In this document: positions 49,633 through 58,934 of the stretch, one piece after another
How the letters are laid out: each line of letters begins with the position of its first letter
How positions within the stretch are numbered: the stretch's first letter is position 1
NCBI GenBank assembly: GCA_004297205.1
Contig: SCUL01000001.1
Coordinates: 29,862 to 93,861 of the forward strand
Direction: 5' to 3'
Origin: Patescibacteria group bacterium
Lineage (GTDB): Bacteria > Patescibacteriota > Patescibacteriia > 2-12-FULL-57-11
DNA: 64,000 nucleotides
The notes under the pieces: model-generated
The model's database searches: none
What the model was told of the DNA's origin: nothing
What the model saw: only the letters and a program-made list of their open reading frames with translations
Position numbers and translations under genes: made by a program

Positions 49633-50325
49633 CTAGAGCAGATATTTGCCGACTTCCTGGTCGGACACCACCTGGCCGGCGTCCAGCGTGACGACGCGGC
49701 GGCGCAGGGTATTCACGACTTCGCGGTTGTGGGTCACGAGCAGCACGGTGGTGCCGAACTGGTTGATCTTAACCAGCAGGTCGATGATCTCGCGCGTGTT
49801 GATGGAGTCGAGGTTGCCGGTCGGCTCGTCGGCCACGAAAATCTTGGGTCGGTGGACGAGCGCGCGGGCGATGGCGGCGCGCTGCTTTTCACCGCCGGAC
49901 AGCTGGACCGGGTATCGCTGAGCCTTCTCTTCGAGCCCCACGATCTTCAGCACTTGCGGCACGACCGTTCGGATGCGCTTCATGGACGCACCGGAAACTT
50001 CCAGGGCGAAGGCCACGTTCTCGTAGATGGTCTTTTGCGGCAGGAGCTTGAAATCCTGGAACACGACGCCCATCTGGCGGCGTAACAGCGGGATGTCCTT
50101 TCCCTTGATCCGGGTCACGTCCCAGCCGCCGATCTCGATCCGGCCGCGATCCGGCCGCTCTTCGGCAATCAGGAGCTTGACCAGCGTGGTTTTTCCGGTG
50201 CCGCTCTGGCCGACGATGGAGACGAATTCTCCCGGGCGGATGCGCAAATTGACGTTGGTCACGCCCACGATGTCCGGATGGTACATCCGGCTCACGTCCT
50301 GAAATTGAATCATCGTGTCCGCCAT
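49633..50325 (-). CDS. ftsE: Cell division ATP-binding protein FtsE
   Basis: GQSGTGKTT, VFQDFKLL, LSGGEKQR, ADEPTGNLD; start reset to MADTMIQF. Confidence 0.95.
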   Translation of the reverse strand: MADTMIQFQDVSRMYHPDIVGVTNVNLRIRPGEFVSIVGQSGTGKTTLVKLLIAEERPDRGRIEIGGWDVTRIKGKDIPLLRRQMGVVFQDFKLLPQKTIYENVAFALEVSGASMKRIRTVVPQVLKIVGLEEKAQRYPVQLSGGEKQRAAIARALVHRPKIFVADEPTGNLDSINTREIIDLLVKINQFGTTVLLVTHNREVVNTLRRRVVTLDAGQVVSDQEVGKYLL

Positions 50326-50421
50326 GGGGATCCGGAGTTTTTTGCCGGCCTTCAAGATCTTGCTTAGCTGAAATAGCGGTGTTAGTATAGCACACGCCGA
50401 AACCGGGCATAGCCCGCGCTC

Positions 50422-50495
50422 GCGGGTATAGTTCAATGGTAAAACGACTGCTTCCCAAGCAGTAGTCGCGGGTTCGATTCCCGCTACCCGCTCCA
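50422..50495 (+). tRNA. tRNA-Gly(CCC)
   Basis: ACTGC-TTCCCAA-GCAGT arm; TTCGA loop; CCA. Confidence 0.95.
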
Positions 50496-50512
50496 AGGGC
50501 ACGCTGCCGTTC

Positions 50513-50588
50513 GCCACCTTAGCTCAGCTGGTAGAGCAATGCTTTCGTAAAGCAGAGGTCCCGGGTTCGAATCCCGGAGGTGGCTCCA
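50513..50588 (+). tRNA. tRNA-Thr(CGT)
   Basis: TGCT-TTCGTAA-AGCA arm; TTCGAA loop; CCA. Confidence 0.93.
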
Positions 50589-50619
50589 AAAGGACCGCAC
50601 CATGTGGTGCGGTCCTTTT
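50588..50619. terminator. Bidirectional terminator
   Basis: AAAAGGACCGCACCA-TG-TGGTGCGGTCCTTTT. Confidence 0.85.
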
Positions 50620-50630
50620 GATTCACGCCT

Positions 50631-51245
50631 TTATTTCTTCATGAAATAAACCGTGACCTGCTGCGCATTGGCTGCTTCCTGCTGATAGATCTCATCGCCC
50701 AGCGCGCCGCGGAGTTTCTGCTGAAGCAGGTAGACGCGGATGACCCGGCGCTTGAACTCGGCTTCGGACCAACCGAACTGCTTGAGCATCTCCTGCAGCT
50801 CGGAGCCGCCCCGCGTCGCGGCGGCAAACTCGGCATCGACCTCGGCGTCGGTCACGACGATGCCGCGCTGGGCGGCGACCTGTTCAAACCACGCTTCCTG
50901 CACCAGCCGCGACAGGACGTTGGACTGGATCTGTTCGCGCGTCAGGTCCGCTCCCTGCACTTCCGGATGCGCCTCGCGGTAGGCCACGAAGGCATCGGTG
51001 TCGGACAACACGTCGCGCACCCAGACCGGGCGGCCGTCCACGATGGCCGCGGGAAACGGAAAGACGCCGGCGGCCCAGCCGCTCATGGTGCCGTGCCAGC
51101 CGCCGCTGTAGATGCCGATGGCAAAGGTCGCCATCACGCCGAGCAGCAGGATGAAAAGCCCGGCCGCCGTGGCCACCCACGGCGCCGGCGAGAGGCGCAC
51201 CTCGCGCGTCTCCGGCGGCATCTTTTTGTTCTCCCGTTCCGCCAT
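50631..51245 (-). CDS. SurA N-terminal-domain (PrsA-like) chaperone
   Basis: TM, PAAIVDG, GIVVTDAEVD. Confidence 0.75.
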   Translation of the reverse strand: MAERENKKMPPETREVRLSPAPWVATAAGLFILLLGVMATFAIGIYSGGWHGTMSGWAAGVFPFPAAIVDGRPVWVRDVLSDTDAFVAYREAHPEVQGADLTREQIQSNVLSRLVQEAWFEQVAAQRGIVVTDAEVDAEFAAATRGGSELQEMLKQFGWSEAEFKRRVIRVYLLQQKLRGALGDEIYQQEAANAQQVTVYFMKK

Positions 51246-51248
51246 AGG

Positions 51249-51662
51249 TCAGGTGGAGGTGCGCAAGGTCTCCGGATCGAAGAAGAAAAGCCACCAGCGC
51301 TCGGCGTTGCTGTGATGGGCGCGGACCGGAACGGCACGGGCGGTGGAGCTTGCCGTCGCCGCGGCGCGTTCCACGACGACGACCGTCTCCCCCGGCTTCT
51401 GCAGGTTCAGTTTGAGCCGCGCCTCGCGCTCCAGGAAGCCGGAGGTCTCGAAACGCTTCAGGAGTTCCACCAACTCGACGTTGCGCGTTTCGAGCGAGCG
51501 CGCTTCGGCGTCCAGCCGCGCCAGGTCGGCGTCAATCGAGCGGTTGCGCAGGGACAGGCTGATCAGCCCGCTGCCGACAACGAACACGCTCAACGCGCCG
51601 AGGACGGCAAGCGTCCTGGCGTTCCACAGCCGTTGTGTCCAGCTCCGCGATCGCGTGCGCAT
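51249..51662 (-). CDS. Septum formation initiator (FtsB/DivIC-like)
   Basis: TM, coiled coil, EREARLKLNLQKPGE. Confidence 0.85.
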   Translation of the reverse strand: MRTRSRSWTQRLWNARTLAVLGALSVFVVGSGLISLSLRNRSIDADLARLDAEARSLETRNVELVELLKRFETSGFLEREARLKLNLQKPGETVVVVERAAATASSTARAVPVRAHHSNAERWWLFFFDPETLRTST

Positions 51663-51691
51663 GCGTCAGTTGCCCCCTCACTATAGCAAAA

Positions 51692-52336
51692 TCAGCCCTG
51701 GTCGTCGCCTTCGGTCTCCGACGAAAAGTCGGCGAAGGCCTTCCGGCTGCGCAGATGGTCCACGTATTTTGCCACCGCCCGACGGTCTTCCGGGGCCAAG
51801 TCCTTCATGCGGCGATCCAGGTCCGGCAGCGATTCCGACGCGGCGTCGAGCTGCCGGCGGACGGCGTCCTGCGCCTCGGTGATGCGGGCACGCAGGGCGA
51901 AGGGGTGGGGAACGTGGCCGATTTCCAGGATGGCGGAGCTGCCGGCGGTCTGAATTTCGATGGCGCCGGTGCGGAAGGCGTAGTCAAGAAGGCCGTGTTT
52001 GTGCACGGAAATGTCCTGAATGCGGTCGAGGTCAGCCTCGGAGACCGTCCATTCGAAGAAGCCGTGGCGGTCCACGTCGATGACGCGATGCGTGGTGACC
52101 AGAAAGACGTTGGAAACCCAGAGCAGCCAGGCGCGCAGGGCGGCGATCAGGCAGAATCCCGCGACGAGCACGAAGATGATGCCGCCGAACACGCCGAGAC
52201 GGAACAGCTGCGACATGAAGAACGCGTCGAGCAGGAGCAGGCCGAACAGGAAGCCCAACGGCACCACGACCATCACGGCGTGGCGGCGGGCGTGCTGCAG
52301 GACTTTTTCGTTAGGACGAAGCGTGAAGCGTTCCAT
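51692..52336 (-). CDS. Bacterial PH-domain membrane protein
   Basis: VTTHRVIDVD..GFF, IQDISV, G.IEIQTAG. Confidence 0.8.
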   Translation of the reverse strand: MERFTLRPNEKVLQHARRHAVMVVVPLGFLFGLLLLDAFFMSQLFRLGVFGGIIFVLVAGFCLIAALRAWLLWVSNVFLVTTHRVIDVDRHGFFEWTVSEADLDRIQDISVHKHGLLDYAFRTGAIEIQTAGSSAILEIGHVPHPFALRARITEAQDAVRRQLDAASESLPDLDRRMKDLAPEDRRAVAKYVDHLRSRKAFADFSSETEGDDQG

Positions 52337-53681
52337 AGCGTTTGGCGATTTCTTCGCGAAGGATGGTACGGTCGTCCCAAGGGATCTTCCGTCCGCCGGA
52401 TACGGCCATGACCTGTTCCGCGCCTTTGCCGGTGACGAGCACCAGGTCGTCGGGCCGTGCCAGTTCCACGGCTTTGGCGATGGCGGCGCGCCGGTCGACG
52501 ATGTCGTAGAGCGTTTCTCCGGCGGTCTTTCCCTTCACCCCGACGATCACCTGGCGCGAGAGCTCCTGCGGATCGTCGTCATACGGGTCGTCGGTGGTGA
52601 CGATCACGATGTCGGCCCGCGACGAGGAGATCTCCCCCATCACCGGGCGGCGCGCCGCGTCGCGCCCGCCGCCGGTGGCCCCGAAGACGTGGATGATGCG
52701 GCCGGCCGGCTTTCCGACGGCTTCGAACAGCTGCCGGAACGATTCCGGCTCGTGGGCGTAATCAACGAACGCCGTGAACGGCTGACCCGACGCGACGCGC
52801 TCAAAGCGGCCGGGAACGCCGGTCACCGCGGCCAGCGCATCGACCGCGGTCTTCAAGGAAACGCCGAGCGCGGCTGCCGCGCCGAACGCGGCCAGGGCGT
52901 TCCAGACGGAGGCACTTCCCGGCATCTGCAGGCGCACGGCCGCGTCGCCGATGCGGAAGGAAACGCCGTCGGGTCCAAGGGCGATCTGCGTGGCCATCAG
53001 CCGCGTGTAGCCGGTCCGCAGGAAGGCGGGCGGGATGACGCAGCGCTCACAACCGTCCTCCACATGAAACGTGACCAGCCGGTCCGCAGGCATGTCCATG
53101 AAATGCGCCGCATCGGAAAAACACCCGTTGACCACGAACGTCCGCGGCACGACTTTGCCGCCGACCGCTTTGGGCGGACGCGTCGACACGGCCCGGAAGA
53201 GTTCGCGCTTGGCGTCGCGGTAGGCCTCAAAACTGCCGTGCGCCTGCAGATGCTCGGGCGTCAGGTTGGTGATGAGCGCCAGGTCGTAGGCGATGCCGCG
53301 GTGGCGGTGCTGCAGGATGCCCTCGGACGACGTCTCGATGACGGCATGCGTGCAACCTGCATCGACCATGTCCTTGAGCAGCTTCTGCAGCTTGAAGCGC
53401 CCCAACATCGTCATTTTGTAACGGTTCAACTCCTCGTGCTCCCCCACCTTGATGAGCGCGGTCGTTGCCAGGCCCACCTTGTGGCCGGCCTTTTCCAGGA
53501 TGCGGGCGATGAGCACGCTGGTGGTGGTCTTGCCTTTGGTCCCGGTCACGCCGACGACGACCATGCGCCGCGACGGGTAGCCGTACAAAAAGGCCGCCGC
53601 TTCGGCCAGGAAACGGTGGTACCAGAGGAGCGCGGCCGGCGGTACCAGCGGCCGCACCCAGGATTTCAGGCGTCCTATCAT
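52311..53681 (-). CDS. murE: UDP-MurNAc-tripeptide synthetase
   Basis: GVTGTKGKTT, ETSS, EHL..H, PGRFE, DYAH, GKG.E. Confidence 0.9.
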   Translation of the reverse strand: MIGRLKSWVRPLVPPAALLWYHRFLAEAAAFLYGYPSRRMVVVGVTGTKGKTTTSVLIARILEKAGHKVGLATTALIKVGEHEELNRYKMTMLGRFKLQKLLKDMVDAGCTHAVIETSSEGILQHRHRGIAYDLALITNLTPEHLQAHGSFEAYRDAKRELFRAVSTRPPKAVGGKVVPRTFVVNGCFSDAAHFMDMPADRLVTFHVEDGCERCVIPPAFLRTGYTRLMATQIALGPDGVSFRIGDAAVRLQMPGSASVWNALAAFGAAAALGVSLKTAVDALAAVTGVPGRFERVASGQPFTAFVDYAHEPESFRQLFEAVGKPAGRIIHVFGATGGGRDAARRPVMGEISSSRADIVIVTTDDPYDDDPQELSRQVIVGVKGKTAGETLYDIVDRRAAIAKAVELARPDDLVLVTGKGAEQVMAVSGGRKIPWDDRTILREEIAKRYGTLHASS

Positions 53682-53690
53682 GGTCTGATC

Positions 53691-55085
53691 CTACAGCCCC
53701 GCGACCGCTTCGCGGAAGCGCTCCCCGCGGTCGAACTCGTTTTTGAACAAGCCGAAGCTGGTGCAGCCCGGGGAAAGCAGCACGGTGTCGCCCCGTCCGC
53801 CGATGCCCGCGGCGAGCGTCACGGCGGCGTCCATGGAGTCGGCCGAGAAGGCCGGCATGCGGATCCCCTGCGTGCGGAACGCCGCCACCATCTTGTCGGT
53901 GCCGGATCCCGGCAGCAGGATCATGGTGCGCACGGCGCGGCGGACGGCCTTGGGAACGTCCCGGAAATCGAGGTTCTTGTCGGTGCCGCCGGCGATGAGG
54001 ACAAGATGTTTCTTGCTGCCGAAGGTGGCGAGCGCGGCAAGGAGCGCGTCCGGCGTGGTCGCCGTCGTGTCGTTGACGAAGCGGACGCCGCCGATCCGTG
54101 CGACGGTTTCCTGACGATTCGGCAGGCCGCGGAACGACTTCAGCGCCTTTCGAATGCCGGCGTCGGTCGCACCGGCGGCGATCGCCGCCATGGCTGCGGC
54201 GGCTGCGTTGGCACGGTTATGTTCTCCGGGGAGGGGCATCGACTTCAGGTCGGCAACGATGCGTTCTTTGCCGTTTTCCCGGACGATCAAGCGCGAACCG
54301 CGCAAGAAGGCGCCGTTCTCTTCCGGAAACGGCGCGGCCGACCACCAGTAGCGTCGGCCGACGACGCGCGCGCCCATCTTGCGCGTCCACGTGTTGTCAC
54401 GGCCGACCACCGCCGCGCTCGTCAGCGACTGGAACGAGAAGATGCGTTCCTTGGCCGCGGCGTAGGTCTTCATGTCCGGGTAAAAATTTAGGTGGTCGCG
54501 CATCAGGTTGGTGATGACGGCGACCTGCGGCGCACGGCGGTCGGGACCGAGCGTCTCCGTCAGGAAGCTGGAGAGCTCGAGCACCACCCGATGCCCCGGC
54601 TTCACGCGATGCAAAAAGGACAGAGGCGACACGAGGATGTTGCCGCCCAACCATGTCCGGTATCCCGACGCTTCGAGCATGGCTGCCGCAAGCGCCGAAG
54701 TCGTGCTCTTACCGCGCGTGCCGGTGATGCCCACGACCGGCGCCGGACAGGCCTCCAGAAACAGCGACACGTCCGAATGGACGGGAATGTGGCGCCGCTT
54801 GGCCAGCTCAAGATAGGGCGAGTGCCATGGCACGCCCGGATTGCGGACGATCAGGTCGGCGCGCAGGAAATCCGACCTGCGGTGCTTCCCCAGGACGAGC
54901 GTCACGTTGCGCTTCCCGCGCAGCTGCCGGACGGTGGCGGCCACGCGGTCGGCGGTTTTCATGTCCGTGACGGTGACGCGCGCGCCCCGTTTGGCGAACC
55001 ACAAGGCTGCGGTCACGCCGGACCCCTGGGGAAACTGGCCGAGTCCGAAAATCAGGACGCGCTTTCCGGTCCAGCGGGTCTTCAT
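53691..55085 (-). CDS. murD: UDP-MurNAc-L-Ala-D-Glu ligase
   Basis: GITGTRGKSTT, GGNI, ELSSF, DHLN, NDTTAT, LLSPG..SF..F.N..DRG. Confidence 0.95.
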   Translation of the reverse strand: MKTRWTGKRVLIFGLGQFPQGSGVTAALWFAKRGARVTVTDMKTADRVAATVRQLRGKRNVTLVLGKHRRSDFLRADLIVRNPGVPWHSPYLELAKRRHIPVHSDVSLFLEACPAPVVGITGTRGKSTTSALAAAMLEASGYRTWLGGNILVSPLSFLHRVKPGHRVVLELSSFLTETLGPDRRAPQVAVITNLMRDHLNFYPDMKTYAAAKERIFSFQSLTSAAVVGRDNTWTRKMGARVVGRRYWWSAAPFPEENGAFLRGSRLIVRENGKERIVADLKSMPLPGEHNRANAAAAAMAAIAAGATDAGIRKALKSFRGLPNRQETVARIGGVRFVNDTTATTPDALLAALATFGSKKHLVLIAGGTDKNLDFRDVPKAVRRAVRTMILLPGSGTDKMVAAFRTQGIRMPAFSADSMDAAVTLAAGIGGRGDTVLLSPGCTSFGLFKNEFDRGERFREAVAGL

Positions 55086-55086
55086 A

Positions 55087-55752
55087 TCAGAAAGCGCCGC
55101 GGCGGGCCGCCAGCCGCACGGCAAGGTAGGCCCAGGCCACCTGCTTGAACATCTTCACATATTCCACGATCCCGCGAACCACGCCGAATTTGGCGATCTT
55201 GCGGCGGATGTCGAGACCGGAGAGCTGCACGCTTCCGTACGGGATGCCGCGGCGTCGGCAGGCGTAGTTCAGGGCGGCCTCAAGCATGAATCCCTGCAGA
55301 TACTTGTCTGGAATCCGCTCAAAAATCGAACGCTGCAGCGCCCGCTCGCCGCCGATCAGCGGCAGGTGCGGCTGAATGCGCATCATCCAGCGGCCGCGGT
55401 CGCGCAAACCCACGCACATCCCCTTCTCCCCGGAGAGCACGGGGTCGAGGATGGTACGGATGTGCTGGACGGTCAGCCCGATCAGATCGGCGTCGCAGAA
55501 AAAAAGCACCGGCGCGTCGGTGTGCGCCACGCCATGCTGCACGGCCTTGCCTTTGCCGGCGCGGATCGGCAGCTCATGGACGAGCGTGGCCCCGGCGGCG
55601 CGGGCGCGTTCCGCGGTCGCGTCGGTGGAACCGTCGGAGATGACGACGATCTCGGAAATCAACGGTGAAGCACGCAGGGCGCTCACCACGTCCGCGATGG
55701 TCTTCTCCTCGTTGTAGGCGGGCACAACGGCCGCGACGGCAGGTCTCGGCAC
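55087..55752 (-). CDS. Glycosyltransferase family 2
   Basis: VPAYNEE, DGSTD, GKG, DADL. Confidence 0.9.
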   Translation of the reverse strand: MPRPAVAAVVPAYNEEKTIADVVSALRASPLISEIVVISDGSTDATAERARAAGATLVHELPIRAGKGKAVQHGVAHTDAPVLFFCDADLIGLTVQHIRTILDPVLSGEKGMCVGLRDRGRWMMRIQPHLPLIGGERALQRSIFERIPDKYLQGFMLEAALNYACRRRGIPYGSVQLSGLDIRRKIAKFGVVRGIVEYVKMFKQVAWAYLAVRLAARRGAF

Positions 55753-55761
55753 AAGGATGCG

Positions 55762-56331
55762 TCAACGCAGCGAGAGGTCGTACAGGATTTCCTCGAGCTT
55801 GCGCAGGTTGGTCTTCAGCTGGTCGAACTTGTTGCGCATGTGCCCGGTGATGTTCATCTTGATGAGCTCCTGGGCGACGGCCTCCACCGCGGCGTGCGCC
55901 CGGCGGACTTCCTTCTCATCCCCGTTCGTCGCCGCTTTGACGGCGTAACGCACCGCTTCCCCGGTGAAGTCCATGACGCCGCCGAGATAAGCGTCCTCGT
56001 CGATGGCCGGCGCGTCCACGGCGCCGATCTTTTTCCGTTTCAGGAAGTCCAGGAACAGGCGCGCTTCGGCGTATTCCTCGAGCGCGGCGCGGTACGAGCC
56101 TTCATCCGAGAGGCCGACCGTCCGCTTGAAGCGTTTGGCGAGCATCCCGAGCAGGCGCTCGGCATGGGAGAGCAACCGCTCCCCGCCGGCCAGGTCGCCG
56201 CGGTGGAACGCGAAAATCGCCTGCTTGGCGTCGGCCAGCACATCGCCGGAGAGCTTGATGGTTTCGCGCCGCTCGGCGTCGTAGCCGGCGTAGCGTTTGC
56301 GCAAACCGGCGAAAAAGACGGAGTGGATCAT
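55762..56331 (-). CDS. Translin/Trax (C3PO)-family protein
   Basis: RE.IK.S.D....K.AIF..HR, EEYAEA, YLGGVMDFTGE.VR, R.K.D. Confidence 0.85.
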   Translation of the reverse strand: MIHSVFFAGLRKRYAGYDAERRETIKLSGDVLADAKQAIFAFHRGDLAGGERLLSHAERLLGMLAKRFKRTVGLSDEGSYRAALEEYAEARLFLDFLKRKKIGAVDAPAIDEDAYLGGVMDFTGEAVRYAVKAATNGDEKEVRRAHAAVEAVAQELIKMNITGHMRNKFDQLKTNLRKLEEILYDLSLR

Positions 56332-56358
56332 GCCCTCATCCTACCGGAAAAACCCCGA

Positions 56359-56381
56359 ATAAAAAAGGTCCCGCGGAGACT
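56359..56381 (-). terminator. Terminator of 56381-57184
   Basis: GTCTC-CGC-GGGAC followed by CTTTTTTAT. Confidence 0.5.
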
Positions 56382-57184
56382 CACGTCTTCTGCGGGGAGC
56401 CGCCCGGGGGCGGCACGAAAGACAAGTTGTGCAGGCGATAGAAGTACTGTCGCGCACCCTCGAGCAGCACGCTGTCGAGGGCCTCGCAGCCCATGGACTG
56501 CGCATACATCTCCAGGTGCCGGACGTAGTCCATGACCTTCTTGAGGTCGCGGCCGAGCACGTGGCAATCGTGCCGGATGGCGTTGACGTCCACGATGTTC
56601 TCGACCAACGCGTACACGACGTGCGGATCGCCGTTCTCGTCGCGACAGCGGAGCGGAACCCGGAACGGGCCGCACTCGTCCTCCTCCTGCACCTCGGTCG
56701 TCTCGCGGAACTCCGCGAGGGCGTCGGCGTACGGAGCGATGAAGCCGTCCGATTCGCCGCTGAACTCCATGGCCCGGGCGAAGCTGCGCACCAGATCCGA
56801 GAACAGCCGTCCGTGCGCCTCGCAGGACGCGAGGTGGCCGGCGGCCGCATCGGCCGTGGCACAATCGAGGTAGCCGCGCGCGATCGGCTCGCCCGTGATC
56901 GGGCAGACGTCGCCGCAGGCCTCGAGCATCAAGACGAGGATGTGGTCCGCCACCGCGCGCGCGTCCGGAAGCCAGATCGATCCGTCCGGCGGAAATACCG
57001 GATGGAAGCGCACGAACGGGTGAAGCCGCTGCAGGGCGTCGCGCAGGCGATCGAGCGCCGACGACGCGCCTTGTCGGTTGCAGGCGTCGCGCAGCGTGGC
57101 CGGATAGCCCGTCACGCCGATGACCGTCTGCTCCAGGGCAGCCACCACGGAATCGCTCCGCGGTTTGATGTGTTCGCTACTCAA
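56381..57184 (-). CDS. Hypothetical Cys/His-containing protein (cassette-type ORFan)
   Basis: SD AAGGAGGT before TTG 57184; own promoter and terminator. Confidence 0.65.
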   Translation of the reverse strand: MSSEHIKPRSDSVVAALEQTVIGVTGYPATLRDACNRQGASSALDRLRDALQRLHPFVRFHPVFPPDGSIWLPDARAVADHILVLMLEACGDVCPITGEPIARGYLDCATADAAAGHLASCEAHGRLFSDLVRSFARAMEFSGESDGFIAPYADALAEFRETTEVQEEDECGPFRVPLRCRDENGDPHVVYALVENIVDVNAIRHDCHVLGRDLKKVMDYVRHLEMYAQSMGCEALDSVLLEGARQYFYRLHNLSFVPPPGGSPQKT

Positions 57185-57217
57185 CGCCGTACCTCCTTCT
57201 TGGGGGCGTCCTTTTCG

Positions 57218-57246
57218 AATATACGGAAGGGGGGTCGCACTGTCAA
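57218..57246 (-). promoter_or_regulatory. Near-consensus sigma70 promoter
   Basis: TTGACA-N17-TATATT; the -35 box contains the GT4 stop codon. Confidence 0.75.
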
Positions 57247-58355
57247 CCCCGCAACCGCTGGTATAGGGCGTCGGTTTTTGCGGCAATGGCGTCCCAGTCG
57301 AAATGGGCGCGGATGAAGGCTTTTCCGCACTGCCCCATCTCCCGCAGCCGCGGCTCGTCGGGCAGGAGTTCCTTGAGACGGACCCGCAGGTCCAAGGCAT
57401 CGCCCGAACGGAAGAAGTACCCGCAGCCGTCCACGGCTTCCTTGTTTTCCGGAATGTCGGAGACGAGTACCGGGAGTCCGTAGCTCATGGCTTCGAGCGT
57501 CGAAATCGACAGCCCTTCCGACTCCGACGGGCTGACGTAGACGTGGGCATGCGCAAACAGCGCCTGCAACGTGCGACCGCCTTGGTAGCCCAAGAACAAA
57601 ATGTCCGGGTTGCCATGTGCCATGCCGAGCAGGAACGATTGGTATTCCTTCGTGAACGACGGCGCGCCGACGATGACCAGCTTCTTGTCCGTGGTCAGGC
57701 CCTGATAGGCCTCGATCAGCGTGTGGATCCCCTTGTGCCGCACCAAACGCGCCACAACAAGCAGGTAGCCGCCGCTCTTCAGACCGAACTCGGCGAGCGC
57801 TTCGGGACCCGGCGCCGGCAGAAGCGACACGCCGTTCGGGATGTACACGGCCTTCTTCTTGAAGCGGGCTTCGATGATACCCTGGAGCGCCTGGGAGACG
57901 GCGATGGTGGCATGCGCCCAGCGCACTGCGGTCCATTCACCGAAGGTCAGATACCCGCGCGCCAAGATCCCCCACTTCCTGTGATAGCGGTCCTGGCTGT
58001 GGAAGGTCACGACGACCGTGGCGTGCCGCGCGAACAGCCGCGGAATCCAAGCCAGCGTGGACGGACCGACGCCGTGGTAGTGGATGATGTCGGCGTTGCG
58101 GCGGCAGACGTCGAGCGACGAAAAAAAGGCGTGGGTGATGGTGTCGAAGTTCTTGGTGTGCCAGCTCCAAGCCCGTATGAGGGTGATCCCGCGCCAGCTC
58201 GACCGGTTGCTGCCCGGATACCACGGCCGGACATATACCAAAACCTCGTGTCCGCGGGACACCAAGCGCGCCGAGAGTTCTTCCACGTGTTTCTCGATGC
58301 CTCCGCCCTGCTCCCCCATCGGGACCCCCTTTTGTCCGATCATGGCGATACGCAT
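57243..58355 (-). CDS. Glycosyltransferase family 4
   Basis: GGIE.HV, RLV..KG, EGL....LEAMSYG.PV..SDI. Confidence 0.93.
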   Translation of the reverse strand: MRIAMIGQKGVPMGEQGGGIEKHVEELSARLVSRGHEVLVYVRPWYPGSNRSSWRGITLIRAWSWHTKNFDTITHAFFSSLDVCRRNADIIHYHGVGPSTLAWIPRLFARHATVVVTFHSQDRYHRKWGILARGYLTFGEWTAVRWAHATIAVSQALQGIIEARFKKKAVYIPNGVSLLPAPGPEALAEFGLKSGGYLLVVARLVRHKGIHTLIEAYQGLTTDKKLVIVGAPSFTKEYQSFLLGMAHGNPDILFLGYQGGRTLQALFAHAHVYVSPSESEGLSISTLEAMSYGLPVLVSDIPENKEAVDGCGYFFRSGDALDLRVRLKELLPDEPRLREMGQCGKAFIRAHFDWDAIAAKTDALYQRLRG

Positions 58356-58378
58356 GGCGGGAGTATATCATGGAGGGG

Positions 58379-58407
58379 TTGAAATGCGCGGGAAAATGTG
58401 TTAGTCT
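58379..58407 (+). promoter_or_regulatory. Promoter for the tRNA-Lys transcript
   Basis: TTGAAA-N17-TAGTCT with a TG extension. Confidence 0.6.
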
Positions 58408-58414
58408 CCCGGCA

Positions 58415-58488
58415 ACTCGGTATCGACTTCGTCGATGCCGAGTCGGCGTTCGCTCGGCGCCGAAAGCAAGCTTTCGCGCCTCACTCAC
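58415..58488 (+). other. Two-hairpin structured leader / REP-like element before tRNA-Lys
   Basis: 13-bp stem ACTCGGTATCGAC-TTC-GTCGATGCCGAGT and GGCG(C)CGAAAGC-AA-GCTTTCGCGCC. Confidence 0.6.
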
Positions 58489-58490
58489 TT

Positions 58491-58566
<76 letters not shown>

Positions 58567-58595
58567 AAACGCGCCTCACCCGGTGGGGCGCGTTT
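58567..58595 (+). terminator. Terminator after tRNA-Lys
   Basis: AAACGCGCCTCACC-C-GGTGGGGCGCGTTT. Confidence 0.7.
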
Positions 58596-58629
58596 CTATT
58601 AGATTAGCGAGTTGCCGTCTTCATTGGAC

Positions 58630-58658
58630 TTGACATTTTAATGAAAAAATGATATAAG
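58630..58658 (+). promoter_or_regulatory. Near-consensus sigma70 promoter
   Basis: TTGACA-N17-TATAAG with a TG extension, AT-rich. Confidence 0.75.
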
Positions 58659-58674
58659 CCATTCAGAGGTTACA

Positions 58675-58872
58675 GTGATACCGAAAGACTTCCTGATTGC
58701 GTTGGCAGTCCTGATCGCTGGTCTCGCTCTGGGTTCGGTGTTCGAGCGTATCGCCGGAGTCCACTACTCTGGTTCGGGTACGTGGTTCGTGTACAAGGTC
58801 GTACTCATGAGCAGCGGTACGCTCGCCGGAAGCATCATGGGCAGGACGCTCTGGCGACGTAAGACCAGCTGA
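58675..58872 (+). CDS. 65-aa two-TM protein (cassette-type ORFan)
   Basis: GAGGT before GTG; two hydrophobic segments, basic C-terminus. Confidence 0.65.
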   Translation: MIPKDFLIALAVLIAGLALGSVFERIAGVHYSGSGTWFVYKVVLMSSGTLAGSIMGRTLWRRKTS

Positions 58873-58897
58873 AGATGAGGAGAGGACGCGGATCAAC

Positions 58898-58934
58898 GGG
58901 GTCTTCCTGAACAAGGAGGGCCTCAATTTTTTAT
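58898..58934 (+). terminator. Terminator of 58675-58872
   Basis: GGGGTCTTCCT..AGGAGGGCCTC followed by AATTTTTTAT. Confidence 0.6.
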
